Below, one piece after another: positions 18,157 to 30,199 of a stretch of 64,000 nt of DNA. The notes under the pieces were generated by a model, which saw only the letters and a program-made list of their open reading frames with translations, was not told where the DNA came from and searched no databases. Numbering within the stretch: position 1 is the stretch's first letter; every line of letters begins with the position of its first letter. The translations under genes and the position numbers were made by a program. Source of the DNA: the human T2T-CHM13v2.0 reference genome, Homo sapiens; assembly GCF_009914755.1 (NCBI RefSeq), contig NC_060930.1. One strand, 5' to 3'.

Positions 18157-18481
18157 CAGGACCAATTTATCTGCTAGGCACAAGAGGCACAGTGCCAAGG
18201 GCCCATGACAACTTTAAGGTCTTATGAAAATGTTTTAATTTTTTTTAATCAAAAGAAAAAATAAACATAATGATAATAAGTATATAACAACAAATCCAGT
18301 CTGGATTATATTTTATCTTTATATCAAAGTAGTTGTAAAATTAACTAATCTAAAATTTTTAAATGTAGTTTTATATATAGCATTTAAACTCTGGCCAAAA
18401 AAAGTTTGATATATTTCCTGTGGAGGAAGGGCCTGATGAAGTCATAGTGCTTAGGGCCCAGGAAAGTCATAATGCAGCCTA
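18157..18481. mobile_element. hAT-Tip100-like non-autonomous DNA transposon
   Basis: ggcacagtgcc..gggccca and agtgcttagggccca..gtcataatgcagcc subterminal motifs; family name uncertain. Confidence 0.55.
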
Positions 18482-19329
18482 GTCACCTGAAAACTTCTCT
18501 GTTCACTTATAAATGTTGACCCTGAAGGAGCCTGGTAGGAACTATGTATAAGAAATGTGTGCTATTTTGAGGATACATTCACTTACAATTTTTAAAAGAT
18601 TAGTTTCGAGCTTCATTTAATCAAAAGTTTAAAATTATAAGCATTAAAATGGCTGATAAATCACCTGCTAAAACCCTAGGAAAAAAATCTGCAACATGGA
18701 ACAGGGACAGAAATCGTTAACTAAAGAGAAGAACTGGAAATTAAAAATGAGCATGAAATATGGTAGGATTAATAAAACAATAATAAGATAATCAGCAAGT
18801 TGGAAGTGAAATGGGATAATGTAGAAATTATGTTAGGACAGAAATTTACATCCTTATAACAGAAATGAATATACTATTTTCATATAATGCTCATCATTTC
18901 ATCTGGCACAAATACACTTAGCCCTTGAAAAACCATCAACCAACCAATCACTAATTGCAGAACCTGCTATTGTCTCCTGAAACTTGTATTTAGTTGTGGA
19001 TTAACTATATACTGCATGTCTCAGTGTGGTGCCTAGAAGAACGGGATTTAATAATTATGTTTTCAAAGAAATATATGTATTAAAACAGTTACTATTTTAT
19101 TAATCATTATTAAGCTCTACCAGCATAGAATATGGGTCAGTTTATCCAAGTAGTTTTATACACAGCACTTTAAATTTGGCTAAACTAGAGGAAACATCCC
19201 CTATGATACAAAAGAATTTGCAGCTTTAGGGATAACATACACAAAGAGAAAACTTTGTTATATGTCTATAACCAACTCAAATCTTCCTTTTGTCAATTCC
19301 CAGCCCCCTCAGAGCAACTCAGATTATTT

Positions 19330-19604
19330 CAGCATTATAATCTTCAAATCCAAACCCTAGGTTCACACCTCAATTGCTGATCCCTTTTAGAGTATCTTTC
19401 CTGGATTTCTACCAAAATGTTATTTGGGGCATAGACATTTTCTGAACCTCTGAGAAGACTGTATTACAGCATTATAATCTTCACATCCAAACCCTAGGTT
19501 CACACCTCGATTGCTGATCCCTTTGAGAGTATCTTTCCTCAATTTCTACCAAAATGTTACTTGGGGCATAGACATTTTCTGAACCTCTGAGAAGATTTGT
19601 ATCA
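19330..19604. repeat. Tandem duplication, 2 x about 137 bp
   Basis: Units start cagcattataatcttca at 19330 and 19467; about 8 differences. Confidence 0.95.
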
Positions 19605-19689
19605 CATAGTCTTTAAGGAGTCTGGGTTCTAGAATTCTATGATTCTAAATTTTCCTTGGGAAAAAATTATTTTTGATACTTTGTATTAT

Positions 19690-20625
19690 TTACTCATTAA
19701 GCAGATATGTATTAATATCTATTGGTGCAAGATTCTATTCAGACAAAAAGTGCATTGCAGATGGAGGGTAAAACATGTCCAAAGGCTCTAATGTAGAAAA
19801 GAGAAACTGAAAGAATTGAAAATGGCTGGAGCTTAATGAAGAAGATGAGAATGCTGCAAGAGGAGGCTAGTGAGGTAGGTAGGGAGGGCCTGGGATTTAG
19901 GACTTTATCCTAAGAGCAAAGGGAAATCTTTGAGTGGTTTTAAACAGTAAAGTGCTTTGATCTGATTTACATTGAAAAAAAAAGAGAGGCCAGGCACGGT
20001 GGCTCACACCTGTAATCCCAGCACCTTGGAAGGTCAAGGTGGGTGGATCACTTGAACTCATGAGTTCAAGATCAGCCTGGGCAACATGGTAAAACCCTGT
20101 CTACAAAAAATACAAAAAAAATTAGCTAGGCATGGTGGTGCACATCTGCAGTCACAGCTACTTGGGAGACTGAGGTAGGAGAGGTAGGAGGATCACTTGA
20201 GCCTGGGAGGCAGAAGTTACAGTGAGCCGAGATTGCACCACTGAACTCCAGCTTGAGCCAGAGAGCCAGACCTTGTCTCAATAATAATAACAATTAATTA
20301 ATTAATTTTTAAAAACATTATTGTGGCTTTTGTGTGAGAAATGGATTAGAGGAGGGGTAGAGAGATTAAGGAATAACCTGTTTGAAGCTATTATTGTAGT
20401 ATAGTGAAAGATTATAGTGGCTAAGATTGATGGGGAGACACCGGAACTGGAAAAAATATGTATAGATTCAAAAGATAATCAGGAAGGAGATTTGATTTAA
20501 AAAAGAGGGGAAAGAGGAGAGAGAAGGAGCGAGAAAGAGAGATGAGAGATTCCTAGTTTTCTGGCTTGTGAAACCAGAAATGCATGAATGACATTAATAA
20601 ATGACAACGCTATTCACCAGGCTAA
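19690..20625 (-). mobile_element. L2 fragments (with nested Alu)
   Basis: gactttatcctaagagcaaagggaa..ggttttaaacag..tgatctgattt motifs. Confidence 0.55.
19988..20300 (+). mobile_element. AluJ-like
   Basis: Full dimer. Confidence 0.88.
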
Positions 20626-20641
20626 AAAAACCAGGAAAGGG

Positions 20642-20944
<303 letters not shown>

Positions 20945-20954
20945 CTACACACTT

Positions 20955-21210
20955 TACCTTGTTTCCCATTCCATGTGTTGCTGTAACACATGGTAATTAC
21001 CACTAATTTAGCAATTTAACACAAATTTTTTTCTGATAGTTCTGCAGGGTCAGAAGTCCAATACCTTTCTGATTGGGCTAAAGTCAAAGTGTCAGTTTTC
21101 CTTTCTGGAGACTCTTGAGGAGAACTGATTTTCTTGCTTTTTCCAGCTTCCAGAGGCCACACACATTCCTTGACTCCTGGCACCTTCTTCCATTTTCAAA
21201 GCCAGCATAT
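20955..21210. mobile_element. MaLR (MLT1) LTR fragment
   Basis: gttgctgtaaca...ttctg..ggtcagaagtcc...ttccagcttccagaggcc motifs. Confidence 0.65.
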
Positions 21211-21283
21211 ATGCATTTTAAAAGCAAAGATTTATTTTTAATTAAAAAAACAATTTTTCCAAATGGAATCAAGCTGCTGAAAG

Positions 21284-21588
<305 letters not shown>

Positions 21589-23379
21589 TTAAAGATTTTT
21601 TTAAAACTACATGTTGAAGTCTGTACAAATGGCCAGTTACCCACATTTGCCTATTACCTACACTTCTCAGTATTATACTGTCATTGGCACAGACGATGTC
21701 ATAGAACACCACAACAGGATCATGCAATAACCTCAGGCAACAAAAATAAATTACATTCATTACACTACTCTTGCCAATCAGGAAAGATTATTGGTTCGCA
21801 TTAGGAAAAAGATTTTAAAGGACGTTTTAAACAATAAGCCTTTCCGCTTAGGCCTTCGTTAATAGCACAACTGAATTAGAACAGTCCATTCCCCAAAGAC
21901 TGCACTTAATCATGTCGGTTTTCTGCATCATTTTAATTGCTGTTGACTTTTCATTGACATTTAGCATAGATTTTTGCTCATTTTTGTGTTTTAAAGAACG
22001 ATACTGAAAGACAAGAAAAATGCTATCAGAGGACTACAAACCTACAGGAGTTGAGTTTCAGTCGTGAAACATTATAATCATTTTCTGTGCTTTCCATATT
22101 TCCTTGAATGAGAATGTATTATTTTTATAATAAGAGAAAATTTTTAAAGGAAAAGAAGTTAAAAAAAAAAAGGCCTCACTTGTAAGGTAGGGTATGGTTT
22201 TTTCAAGTCTCAGGCACGTAAATGACAAGGGACTTTTTAAAAAACAAAAAAACACTGCCATTTAAAGCTGACTGGTAGGATCTTCCCTGCTAAATTATTT
22301 TGGAAACTTCTTTAAAAATAAATGTAGACCACGAATCATTTACTAAACATATGATTCCAGTACCTCACTACCTTTTCTCTTCGGTTGGCTGTAGTTTAAA
22401 TTCTAAGGTCTCCTCAAGAAATGACATTTTCACATTTCTTAGGCATCTGTGGTGCCAGAGGAGCAAACCCATCGCACACGCCAGGTCTGCCATGGGGCCC
22501 TGGGCGGTGGGGATTTTGGATGTAACGTGTCTAGGCCGAGCCCGCGCCGTGAAAGGCCTACCCTGCCGAAAGCCCGGGCGGCGGGCGCCCACAAGTCAGG
22601 GCTCGGTGCGGCGCCGCAGTCAGCTCTGCCCGCGAGCCGAGTCCGGGCTGCTGAGGGGGAGCCGCGCTGGGGGCGGCGGCGTCGGGGCGGGGGCGGGAGC
22701 CGGGCGGCAGCTCCAGCGCCCGTGGGGGAGGAGCGGCAGCGGCGGCGGCTGGAGCTGCTGTGGCGACCGACGCGAGGCGGTGGCAGAGGAGACCCACCCC
22801 TGTCCACATGGACAGTCGCAAAGGCCTCCGCTGATGCATTCACGCCTGGGCGGGGTGGGCGGACGGCCGTAGCGGCGGCGGCTGCAGAACGAGCTAGGGG
22901 CCTGGGGGCGCCTGACGGTCGCAGAGACCTCGCCGCTCCGGCGCGGCGGGTGCGGCCATTTTACGGCCTGGGACGAAGGGAGGCGTGTTTGTGTGCTCGC
23001 TTTCATTCTCCTTTCTTGGGAACCCACGGCTGGGGGAAGTTTCTCAGGCAGCCTGGGTGGGCGGTGGATGGGGAGTCGTGGGCCGAGAGGAACCGGGCCC
23101 GGGAAGCGCCGTCGTCGTCGTCGCCGGTCGCGTTCCCCCGGAGAGGCCTGAGAAGCTCGGGCCGCGGGCCTCGCTGCCCGCCAGCCCGCGGACAGGCCCG
23201 GGCGCGCCTGGCCTGCCTTTGTATAGGCCCGTCTGAACGTGGGAGCGCAGCCCGCCTGACGGCTGAGCCCGAGGCCCGCAACCCTGCGGCGTCTACCCTC
23301 CTCCGGCGCGGCCCCTCATCCCGGCGAGCACGGCGGCGGTGTGGGCCATGGATTAAGAAGGAGGCGGCGTGGGAGGAGG

Positions 23380-23391
23380 AAGATGGCGGCC
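23380..23391 (+). promoter_or_regulatory. YY1-type motif (AAGATGGCGGC) overlapping the start codon; second YY1-like site GCGGCCATTTT at 22952-22962
   Basis: Motif match only. Confidence 0.5.
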
Positions 23392-23434
23392 GGCAAGAGC
23401 GGCGGTAGCGCAGGGGAGATTACTTTTCTGGAAG
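23383..23434 (+). CDS. SENP6: SENP6 coding exon 1 (MAAGKSGGSAGEITFLE-G, 52 nt)
   Basis: ATG in aagATGg context inside the CpG island; donor G|GTACGT at 23435; translation matches the N-terminus of SUMO-specific peptidase 6 as I recall it. Confidence 0.97.
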
Positions 23435-25203
23435 GTACGTCTGTTTCTGCCCTTGACGGGGAGAAGGGAGGGTATACTGGAAAACGTGGCCCCCAGAACC
23501 CCGGATATTCAGTTATCTGCGCTGGGTGGGTTTCGGGGGCGGTGAAGTACGAGGGATGAGCGATGACGGGGAGGGAGTGTGCTGCGAGCGCACCTGGTTC
23601 GAGTCCGCCTAGGCGAGGGGCTCGGCTGCGAGCCGGTTCGGCCCAGGGGGCGCGGGTGGATTGAGCTACGAGCCAGAGTTGGTGGGCGTCCTTTGAGAGT
23701 GCGCGCTGAAGTCTTTGACATTTAAAAAATTTTGGGGTGGTGGCCTAAGGATGAGAGCAGCCAGCATTCACATCTTGTCTGGTGTTCATGAAAAGTTTCA
23801 AATTGCTAAGGTTGGGTGCAACTGGGGACCAATCTAAGTAGGGAGGGGACAGACAGTTTCATTGAGGTGTGTTTTATACCCTCTGGTCTGTTTCTCAGAG
23901 TTTCAGGCTTGCTTTTGCAGCCAGCCTTCAGATTAGGCCTGGCCTTGTCTGATATTCTTTCGGAATGTGTTTTTATAAAAATATTCTGTAAAATAATTTA
24001 TCTGGAAAAAGAGTAAGGTTTACAGTGTCAATTTTGGGGCCGTAACTAAAGCTTATTGACACAATTTGAGTTTTACTCACTCGTGAGGGAAAGTTAAACA
24101 TTTGCTGTAAGTAGACTAAGCCAGCCTCAAGAAAAGCTGTATGTTTTTGTTGGGGAAGGTGGTAATGGGGAACAATATTGATTTTTTTGGCCTATGAATA
24201 TATAAGGACCCCCAAAATAGAGCTAAATGTTATTGTAATTGTAGCCCAAGAAGTGTTTATATTACTTAATTTGACTATGGGTTCAGTGTTTACACTTTGT
24301 TTAGCAAAATGAGTCTCTGCTGCTCAGAGACTCATTCTTCTTGTTAAAAAGAATTAACTACTCTTTGGATAATTTTGCAAAGATGATTTTCATTGCAATA
24401 TGTCATAAGCTTTACTTCAAAAAATAACTTCTTTTAGTATGTTTCGGAAAGATTACTGAATCAAGAAAGTACAATTTAACTTAAAATTAAGAAAATCCCT
24501 AAACAGGTTCTATAGGAGGGTGTTGAGGAATGGGAATGCTTTGGTACTGCTTTGTTAACAGCACCTCGAACAGTGCCTGGAACACAGTAGGTACTCAGTG
24601 TTAGTCTAGTGAAAGAATAGTGAATAATAGAGGTAATTTTTCTTAATTCTTCTTACTTGAGTATAGTAAAGTGAAAAAAAAGTCTTACCGTACAAGCCAG
24701 CCTTTATCTAAAAGTGATGAGAACTTTACAGGAGATTTCCTAGTAAGAGTAAGAAAAGCTTCTGAGTTTTTCTGGGTTCGTTTCGTATTACCTCCATTCC
24801 AGTTTGCGGAATGGGTACCTGTCGAGGCTGAGAGGGTGCAGCTTGTGTTACAGGTAGTGCTATGTGTGTTGTTTTTGTTTTGAAATTGGAAACAAAAGAT
24901 GGCTTACTCGTGCTTATTATCTTCAGTATGCAGATGATTATACTTTTGTGCTATCCTAGATTTCCAGCTTCTATAGGCCCGATTGAGTTAAAATTCTAAT
25001 TGGATGAACATAGGGAGGATTAAAACAAGCACAAATAAAGCCACAGATGTAGAGTTAATGTGAGTTTCAAACTACTACTTTTACTTTATTCTAATCTAAG
25101 GGTCTTTGAATGTATAGGTGTGATAAATTCGAGTTTCACCATGTCTTAAGCATTTTTATAAAGCAAGCAAACGGTAACTTCTTTAGAGCATAAGCATAAG
25201 GGT

Positions 25204-25495
25204 TCTGGGCACGGTGGCGGCACGCCCTTAATCACACACAGCATTTTGGAGGGCCGAGGCAGGCGGATCACTTGAGGCCAGGAATTGGTGACCAGCCTGG
25301 CCAACATGGCGAAACCCCACTCTACTAAAAATACAAAAATTAGCCGTGTGTGGTTGGCGCGCGCCTGTAGTCCCAGCTACTGCGGAGGCTGAGGCAGGAG
25401 AATCGCTTGGAAACGGGAGGCAGAGGTTGCAGTGATAGCGCCACTGCACTCCAGCCAGGGCAACTGAGCGAGATTCTGTCTCCAAAAAAAAAAAA
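25204..25495 (+). mobile_element. AluS
   Basis: agcataag duplicated on both flanks. Confidence 0.9.
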
Positions 25496-25649
25496 GCATA
25501 AGGAAAAGGAACAATTTTAGTTCCTCATAACCAATTTTCATATGCTATATTGAATCTTTCCAAATAAATGATATTTAATACTAATGTTTTCTGCTTATTT
25601 CCCATGATTCTTTTGGTGTCTTACACTTTTAATAATAATAAAATATTCC

Positions 25650-25932
25650 GGCCAGGCGTGGTGGCTCACGCCTGTAATCCCAACAATTTGGGAGGCCGAG
25701 ATGAACGGATCACCTGAGGTCAGGAGTTTGAGACCAGCCTGGCCAACATGGTGAAACCCCGTCTCTACTAAAAATACAGAAATTAGTCTGGCGTGGTGGC
25801 GCGCGCCTGTAATCCCAACTACTCTGGAGGCTGAGGCAGGAGAATCACCTGAACCCAGGAGCTGGAGGTTGCAGTGAGCCGAGATCGCACCATTCGCACT
25901 CCAGCCTGGGCGAGGAGCGAAACTACATCTCA
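25650..25932 (+). mobile_element. AluS
   Basis: 19-bp flanking duplication aataataataaaatattcc. Confidence 0.93.
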
Positions 25933-26339
25933 AATAATAATAAAATATTCCACCATAATTTGCTGCATATTTTGTATTACCAGGCTTATAAGTGTTCAAA
26001 ATATTTCCCCATACATAGGCTCCTAGGATTTAATATTAAGACATCTACATATTACACTTTCTTTACTTTCCAGTCGAGTCCTTGAAAAACTAAACTAGGT
26101 TTTCATTTGCTCATCACATTTACAGCATCCTACTCTAACAGTCAGTGTACCACGGTGAAGTGCATAAGAGAGTCAAGGACTCTGCCTTTATTTAGTCTTC
26201 TGTCTTAGGTTCTGTGAAAGCATATCTCTGTAATAAACTGTGAAAAAGTAATGACTTTTTTTTCACCATCATATTTCTTGCACCTGAAACATATTTGTTG
26301 TTAATGAAATAAACCAGATGATAAACAGTATGATAAATA

Positions 26340-27010
26340 CGGAAGACATAAACAGCAATGATGGGGAAGCCATTTTACATAGCATTGAAGTCAAGAAAGG
26401 CATCCCTGAGGAGGTTACACTTAATTAAGTAAACACCTTAACTAAGAGACACTTCAGAATATGGCAGAGGGGATGCGTGTAAAGATTGATTTGATAAACA
26501 AAAAGGCTGAAATGTAGAAAGCAAAGGAGAGAGTGATATGAGAGGCAGGAGATCTTTCATGCAGGATCATGAATAATTTTTATATCTTTCTCAGCGGGAA
26601 GCCATTGACGAGTTTGGCGCAAGGGGGTGTAATGATATGGTTTATCTTTTTTTAAAAAAAAGTTTGGCTGCTTTTTGTGGAATTAATTAGGGGGCAAGAT
26701 TAAAAGCAAGACAATAAATTAGGATAATATTGTAGTAGTCAAGGTAGAAGTGGTCGGGGCTTCAATTAGCATGATGTCAGTGGAGACTGGGGAAGAGAAG
26801 TTGATAGGTTGAGGATATGTTTGGATGTAGAGCTTACAGGACTTGATGAACTGTACATTGAGTGTCAGAATAAGAGGAATCAAAAGGTTTTGTTTAGCCT
26901 GAGGTATTAGTGGTACTGCCATTTACTGAGATGGAGTAGACTGATAGAAGAATGAGAAGGAAATTAACAACACTGGTCATACTAAATTTGAGATGCCTGT
27001 TTGACATTTT
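26340..27010 (-). mobile_element. L2 fragment
   Basis: gggaagccattga..caggacttgatga..gccatttactgagatgg..tttgagatgcct motifs. Confidence 0.6.
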
Positions 27011-27490
27011 TGCTCTGAAGTATGTTTTATATCTTTATAACTACTAAGATTCTAATTCCATTTCTTTTTATAGCTTCTGTAGGGAAAAGGAGACCTACTG
27101 GTTGTCTTTATTTATACAAAAGCACACTAAAATTGTATGGATTTCATTAAGCCACAGCTTGTGTTAAAATTTTCTACTCTCCTCTCCCCTCTTTGACTTG
27201 TTTCTTTCACTTCTCTTCACTAACTGTTGCTCATAACCCCTTTTCCACTTATGATAGACAGTTTTGGCAGGTTGCTCCCCTGTATTTATTCAGTCAACAG
27301 ATACTTATTGAACACCTACTATGTTGTAGGCAATGACACTGCACTGAGAGGCATAACAGTGAGGGAGAAGAAACCATGTTTTTTTCATAGAGTGTTCAGT
27401 CTAGTGAGGAAAGTAAAAAATAATAAAATAATACTTTTAAATGTAAAATTACAACTGACAAGTACAGCAATCAGTGGTGGATTGTTTATA

Positions 27491-27707
27491 CAAGTTGAAC
27501 ATCCCAAATTTAGAAATCCAAAATCCTCCAGAATTTGAAGCAACATGACCCCCCTAAGAAATGCTCATTGAATCAATTCAGATTTTTGGATTTGGGATGC
27601 TCAGTTGGGATAATATAATAAAATTTGCAAATATTCCAAAATCCAAAAAAGAAATCTGAAACATTTCTTCTAGTTTCAAGCATTTCGGATAAGGGACACT
27701 TAACCTG
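27491..27707. mobile_element. Tigger4/MER46-like DNA transposon
   Basis: Terminal inverted repeats caagttgaacatccc ... gggacacttaacctg; TA on the left flank. Confidence 0.75.
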
Positions 27708-27917
27708 AAATCATGAGAATTGGATCTAATCAGGGTGGTTTGAAGTGGGTATTAGAGAACAGAAGGTAGAGAGGCAGTGCTTTCTAGGTAGAGAGAGTAA
27801 AATAGGGGAGCATGGCATGTTTGGGGAACTTAAGGGAGGACAATAATGGTGTCAGATAGGAGAGCGGTGCAAGATGATACTGGAGGTGACATCACATTTA
27901 TTTCAAACAAGGTCAAT

Positions 27918-28164
27918 AGCCGGGCATGGTGGCTCACGCCTGTAATCCCAGCATTTTGGGAGGCCAAGTTGAGAGGATTGCTTGAGCCCAGGAGTTGGAG
28001 ACCAGCCTGAGCAACATAGTGAGCCCGTGTCTGTACAAAAACATAAAAAAATGATATGGGAGGATTCTTGAGCCCAGGAGGGCGAGGCTGCAGTGAGCCA
28101 TGATCGTACCACTGCATTCCCACCTGGGAGTACAGAGCGAGACCCTGCCACCCAAAAAAAAAAA
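27918..28164 (+). mobile_element. AluJ-like with internal deletion
   Basis: Alu arms; aaggtca duplicated on both flanks. Confidence 0.85.
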
Positions 28165-29034
28165 GGTCATCAGCTGCTACATGGAGAGAGCTTCAGAGAG
28201 GGGCAGCAGATTATCCAGTTAGGAGATGATTGGAATAGAGGACAAAGGTGATTGATGGTGGCTAGCTTGTTCCTATAAACTTTCTTTTGATATTCTACCT
28301 TTTCTTTTTTTCACTCTGGGGGCTCTAACAAGCCTACCTACTCTCTTATACATTTCTTCATTTTTGTACTGCACTTGTTCATATCTAGTTTTCTTTTCCT
28401 TTTTTTTTTAACCAAGTGAATTCCTTCTCCTATATTTTCTCCCGTTTTTCCTGAAGTAACTTTTTTCTGCCTTCCTTTCTAATATACATATACTACTACT
28501 TTAGTTTGTTTTCCTTTTCATTTCAGCCTGTCTTCCTTTATGGACCTTGTCTACTAGGTTGAAAAGAGTGATGCTAAACTGTTGCATGCAATGTTGTTCT
28601 CTACAGATACCAGCAAAAATGCTTCTGTCTCCAAATGAAAAGTGTTTTCCATTTCGCCTTAGCCAGTCTTTTATGTTATATATAAACTCATTGCAGAACC
28701 CAATCAGTTTGCCAGTTTTACTGGAGACCGTAAATACCTAACACTGTCTGTTGAACTAGAGCACAAGCTTCTCCCAAACGATTGGCATTCCATGGAATAT
28801 GAACAGGGTTTCTAGTTTCTGCCTACTTAGGGGAATACACCTCTTTTTCTTTTGATTGCATTACTTTTGGAAACTACATCATGGTGTCATTCCTTATTTA
28901 CTCCTTACTTAAGTATGTTTATTTCCTGATTTCATCCCAGTTAAAGTGATAAATTCTGTTTATCATGTGAGTTCATGTACTTGAAACAGTAAAGTAGAAC
29001 CTCACTTGGAATGAAAGTGATTTTCAGGCAAAGT

Positions 29035-29428
29035 TTAGTGGGTCATACCTGTTATCCTGAGATAACACTTCGGGAGGCCAAGGCAGGAGGATTGCTTGAG
29101 CCCAGGAGTTCAAGACCAGCCTGGGCAACATAACGAGGCCCCATCTCTGCAAAAAATACAAAAATTAACCGGATGTCACAGCATGCACCCAAAGTCCCAG
29201 GAATTCAGGAGGCTGAGGTGGGAGGATTGCTTGTTGCTCGAGCCCAGGAGGTTGAGGCTGCAATTCATGACACTGCACTTCAGCCTGGGTGACAGAGCTG
29301 AGAAGAAAGAAAGAAAAAAGAGAGGGAGGGAGAAAGAAAGAAGAGGAAAAAGAGGAAAGGAGGAAGGAAAGAAAGAAGGAAAGAGAGGAAGGAAAGAAAG
29401 GAGGAAAGAAAGGAAGGAGAAAAGAAAG
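29035..29428 (+). mobile_element. AluJ-like with GA-rich expanded tail (29300-29428)
   Basis: Alu dimer then purine-rich tract; aaagtgattttc duplicated on both flanks. Confidence 0.85.
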
Positions 29429-29449
29429 TGATTTTCGCTAGAAATGCAT

Positions 29450-29680
29450 TGAGAATATGAACTCAAAAGTCAGAATGCTGAGGTTCAACATCTGGCTTTA
29501 CTACTTGTTAGCTATGTGATCTTGGATAGATTACTTAACTTCTCTGTTTTCTCAGCTATATAACAAGGGTAATAATTGTCGTTAAAAATAATAATTGTAG
29601 TTACCTTATAAGATTGCCATGAGGATTGAGGAAATATATATTACTTAAAGCAATTCCAGGCATATAATAAGCACTCCGTG
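29450..29680 (+). mobile_element. MIR
   Basis: ctacttgttagctatgtgatcttgga..ttacttaacttctctg core. Confidence 0.7.
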
Positions 29681-30199
29681 TTACTTGATGTTATTTATTT
29701 TATTAGCAGATAGAGAAAAGAAAAAGAGCTTCCTTTACTTGCTTGTCTTCTCTTCTATTTGAATTTTAGTTTGCATTGTTTTTCTTTCACTGACTACCTT
29801 TTTCTAGATATTAGCTGATTTTGACCAGTGTTGTAATGAGAGAGGAAAGAGAATGAAATTACATACTTTGTATGTCTAGACTTTCATAAATTGATTATTC
29901 CTGTTGCTATTAGAAAAGTATGTTGAATATTTGAGGAACTTGAGGTATAGAAGGGTTGTTTGGCACAGCTTAAGTTATTGGGGGAAGTCAGACTGTAGCC
30001 TGGGACCCGACTTAATAGCTTCAGCTTTCTTCAGCATTTCCTTCCTCTCCCTTTCTCCCCGCTTCCTCATCACTTTGCTTCCCTATTCTTACTCTTACCT
30101 CTTTTTCCTGTACCTCCCCCCAAAGGAAGGGGCGACTGAACAAGAGAAGGAAAAATAATAAGTTATTATGGAGAAGTATTATTTATTGATGAAGCAGCA

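Larger units (their letters stand above)
22470..23710. promoter_or_regulatory. SENP6: CpG island / SENP6 promoter and 5' leader
   Basis: Abrupt switch from AT-rich to very GC- and CpG-rich sequence; GC boxes (GGGGCGGGGG 22684-22693); no obvious TATA box; TSS cannot be fixed from sequence alone. Confidence 0.93.

Noticed and set aside
19330-19604. Direct repeats as a CRISPR-like array
   Set aside because: Only two contiguous 137-bp units, no spacers, primate genomic context
22996-23047. Pyrimidine tract and ctcag as a 5'UTR intron acceptor
   Set aside because: The tract is about 28 nt from this AG with an intervening AG and G-run, and there is no convincing upstream donor in the leader
22300-23408. 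Long ORFs over the CpG island (319 aa, 190 aa, and antisense 134-135 aa)
   Set aside because: Mostly non-ATG starts with low-complexity Arg/Gly/Ala/Pro content, open in several frames on both strands: the expected stop-codon scarcity of GC-rich DNA
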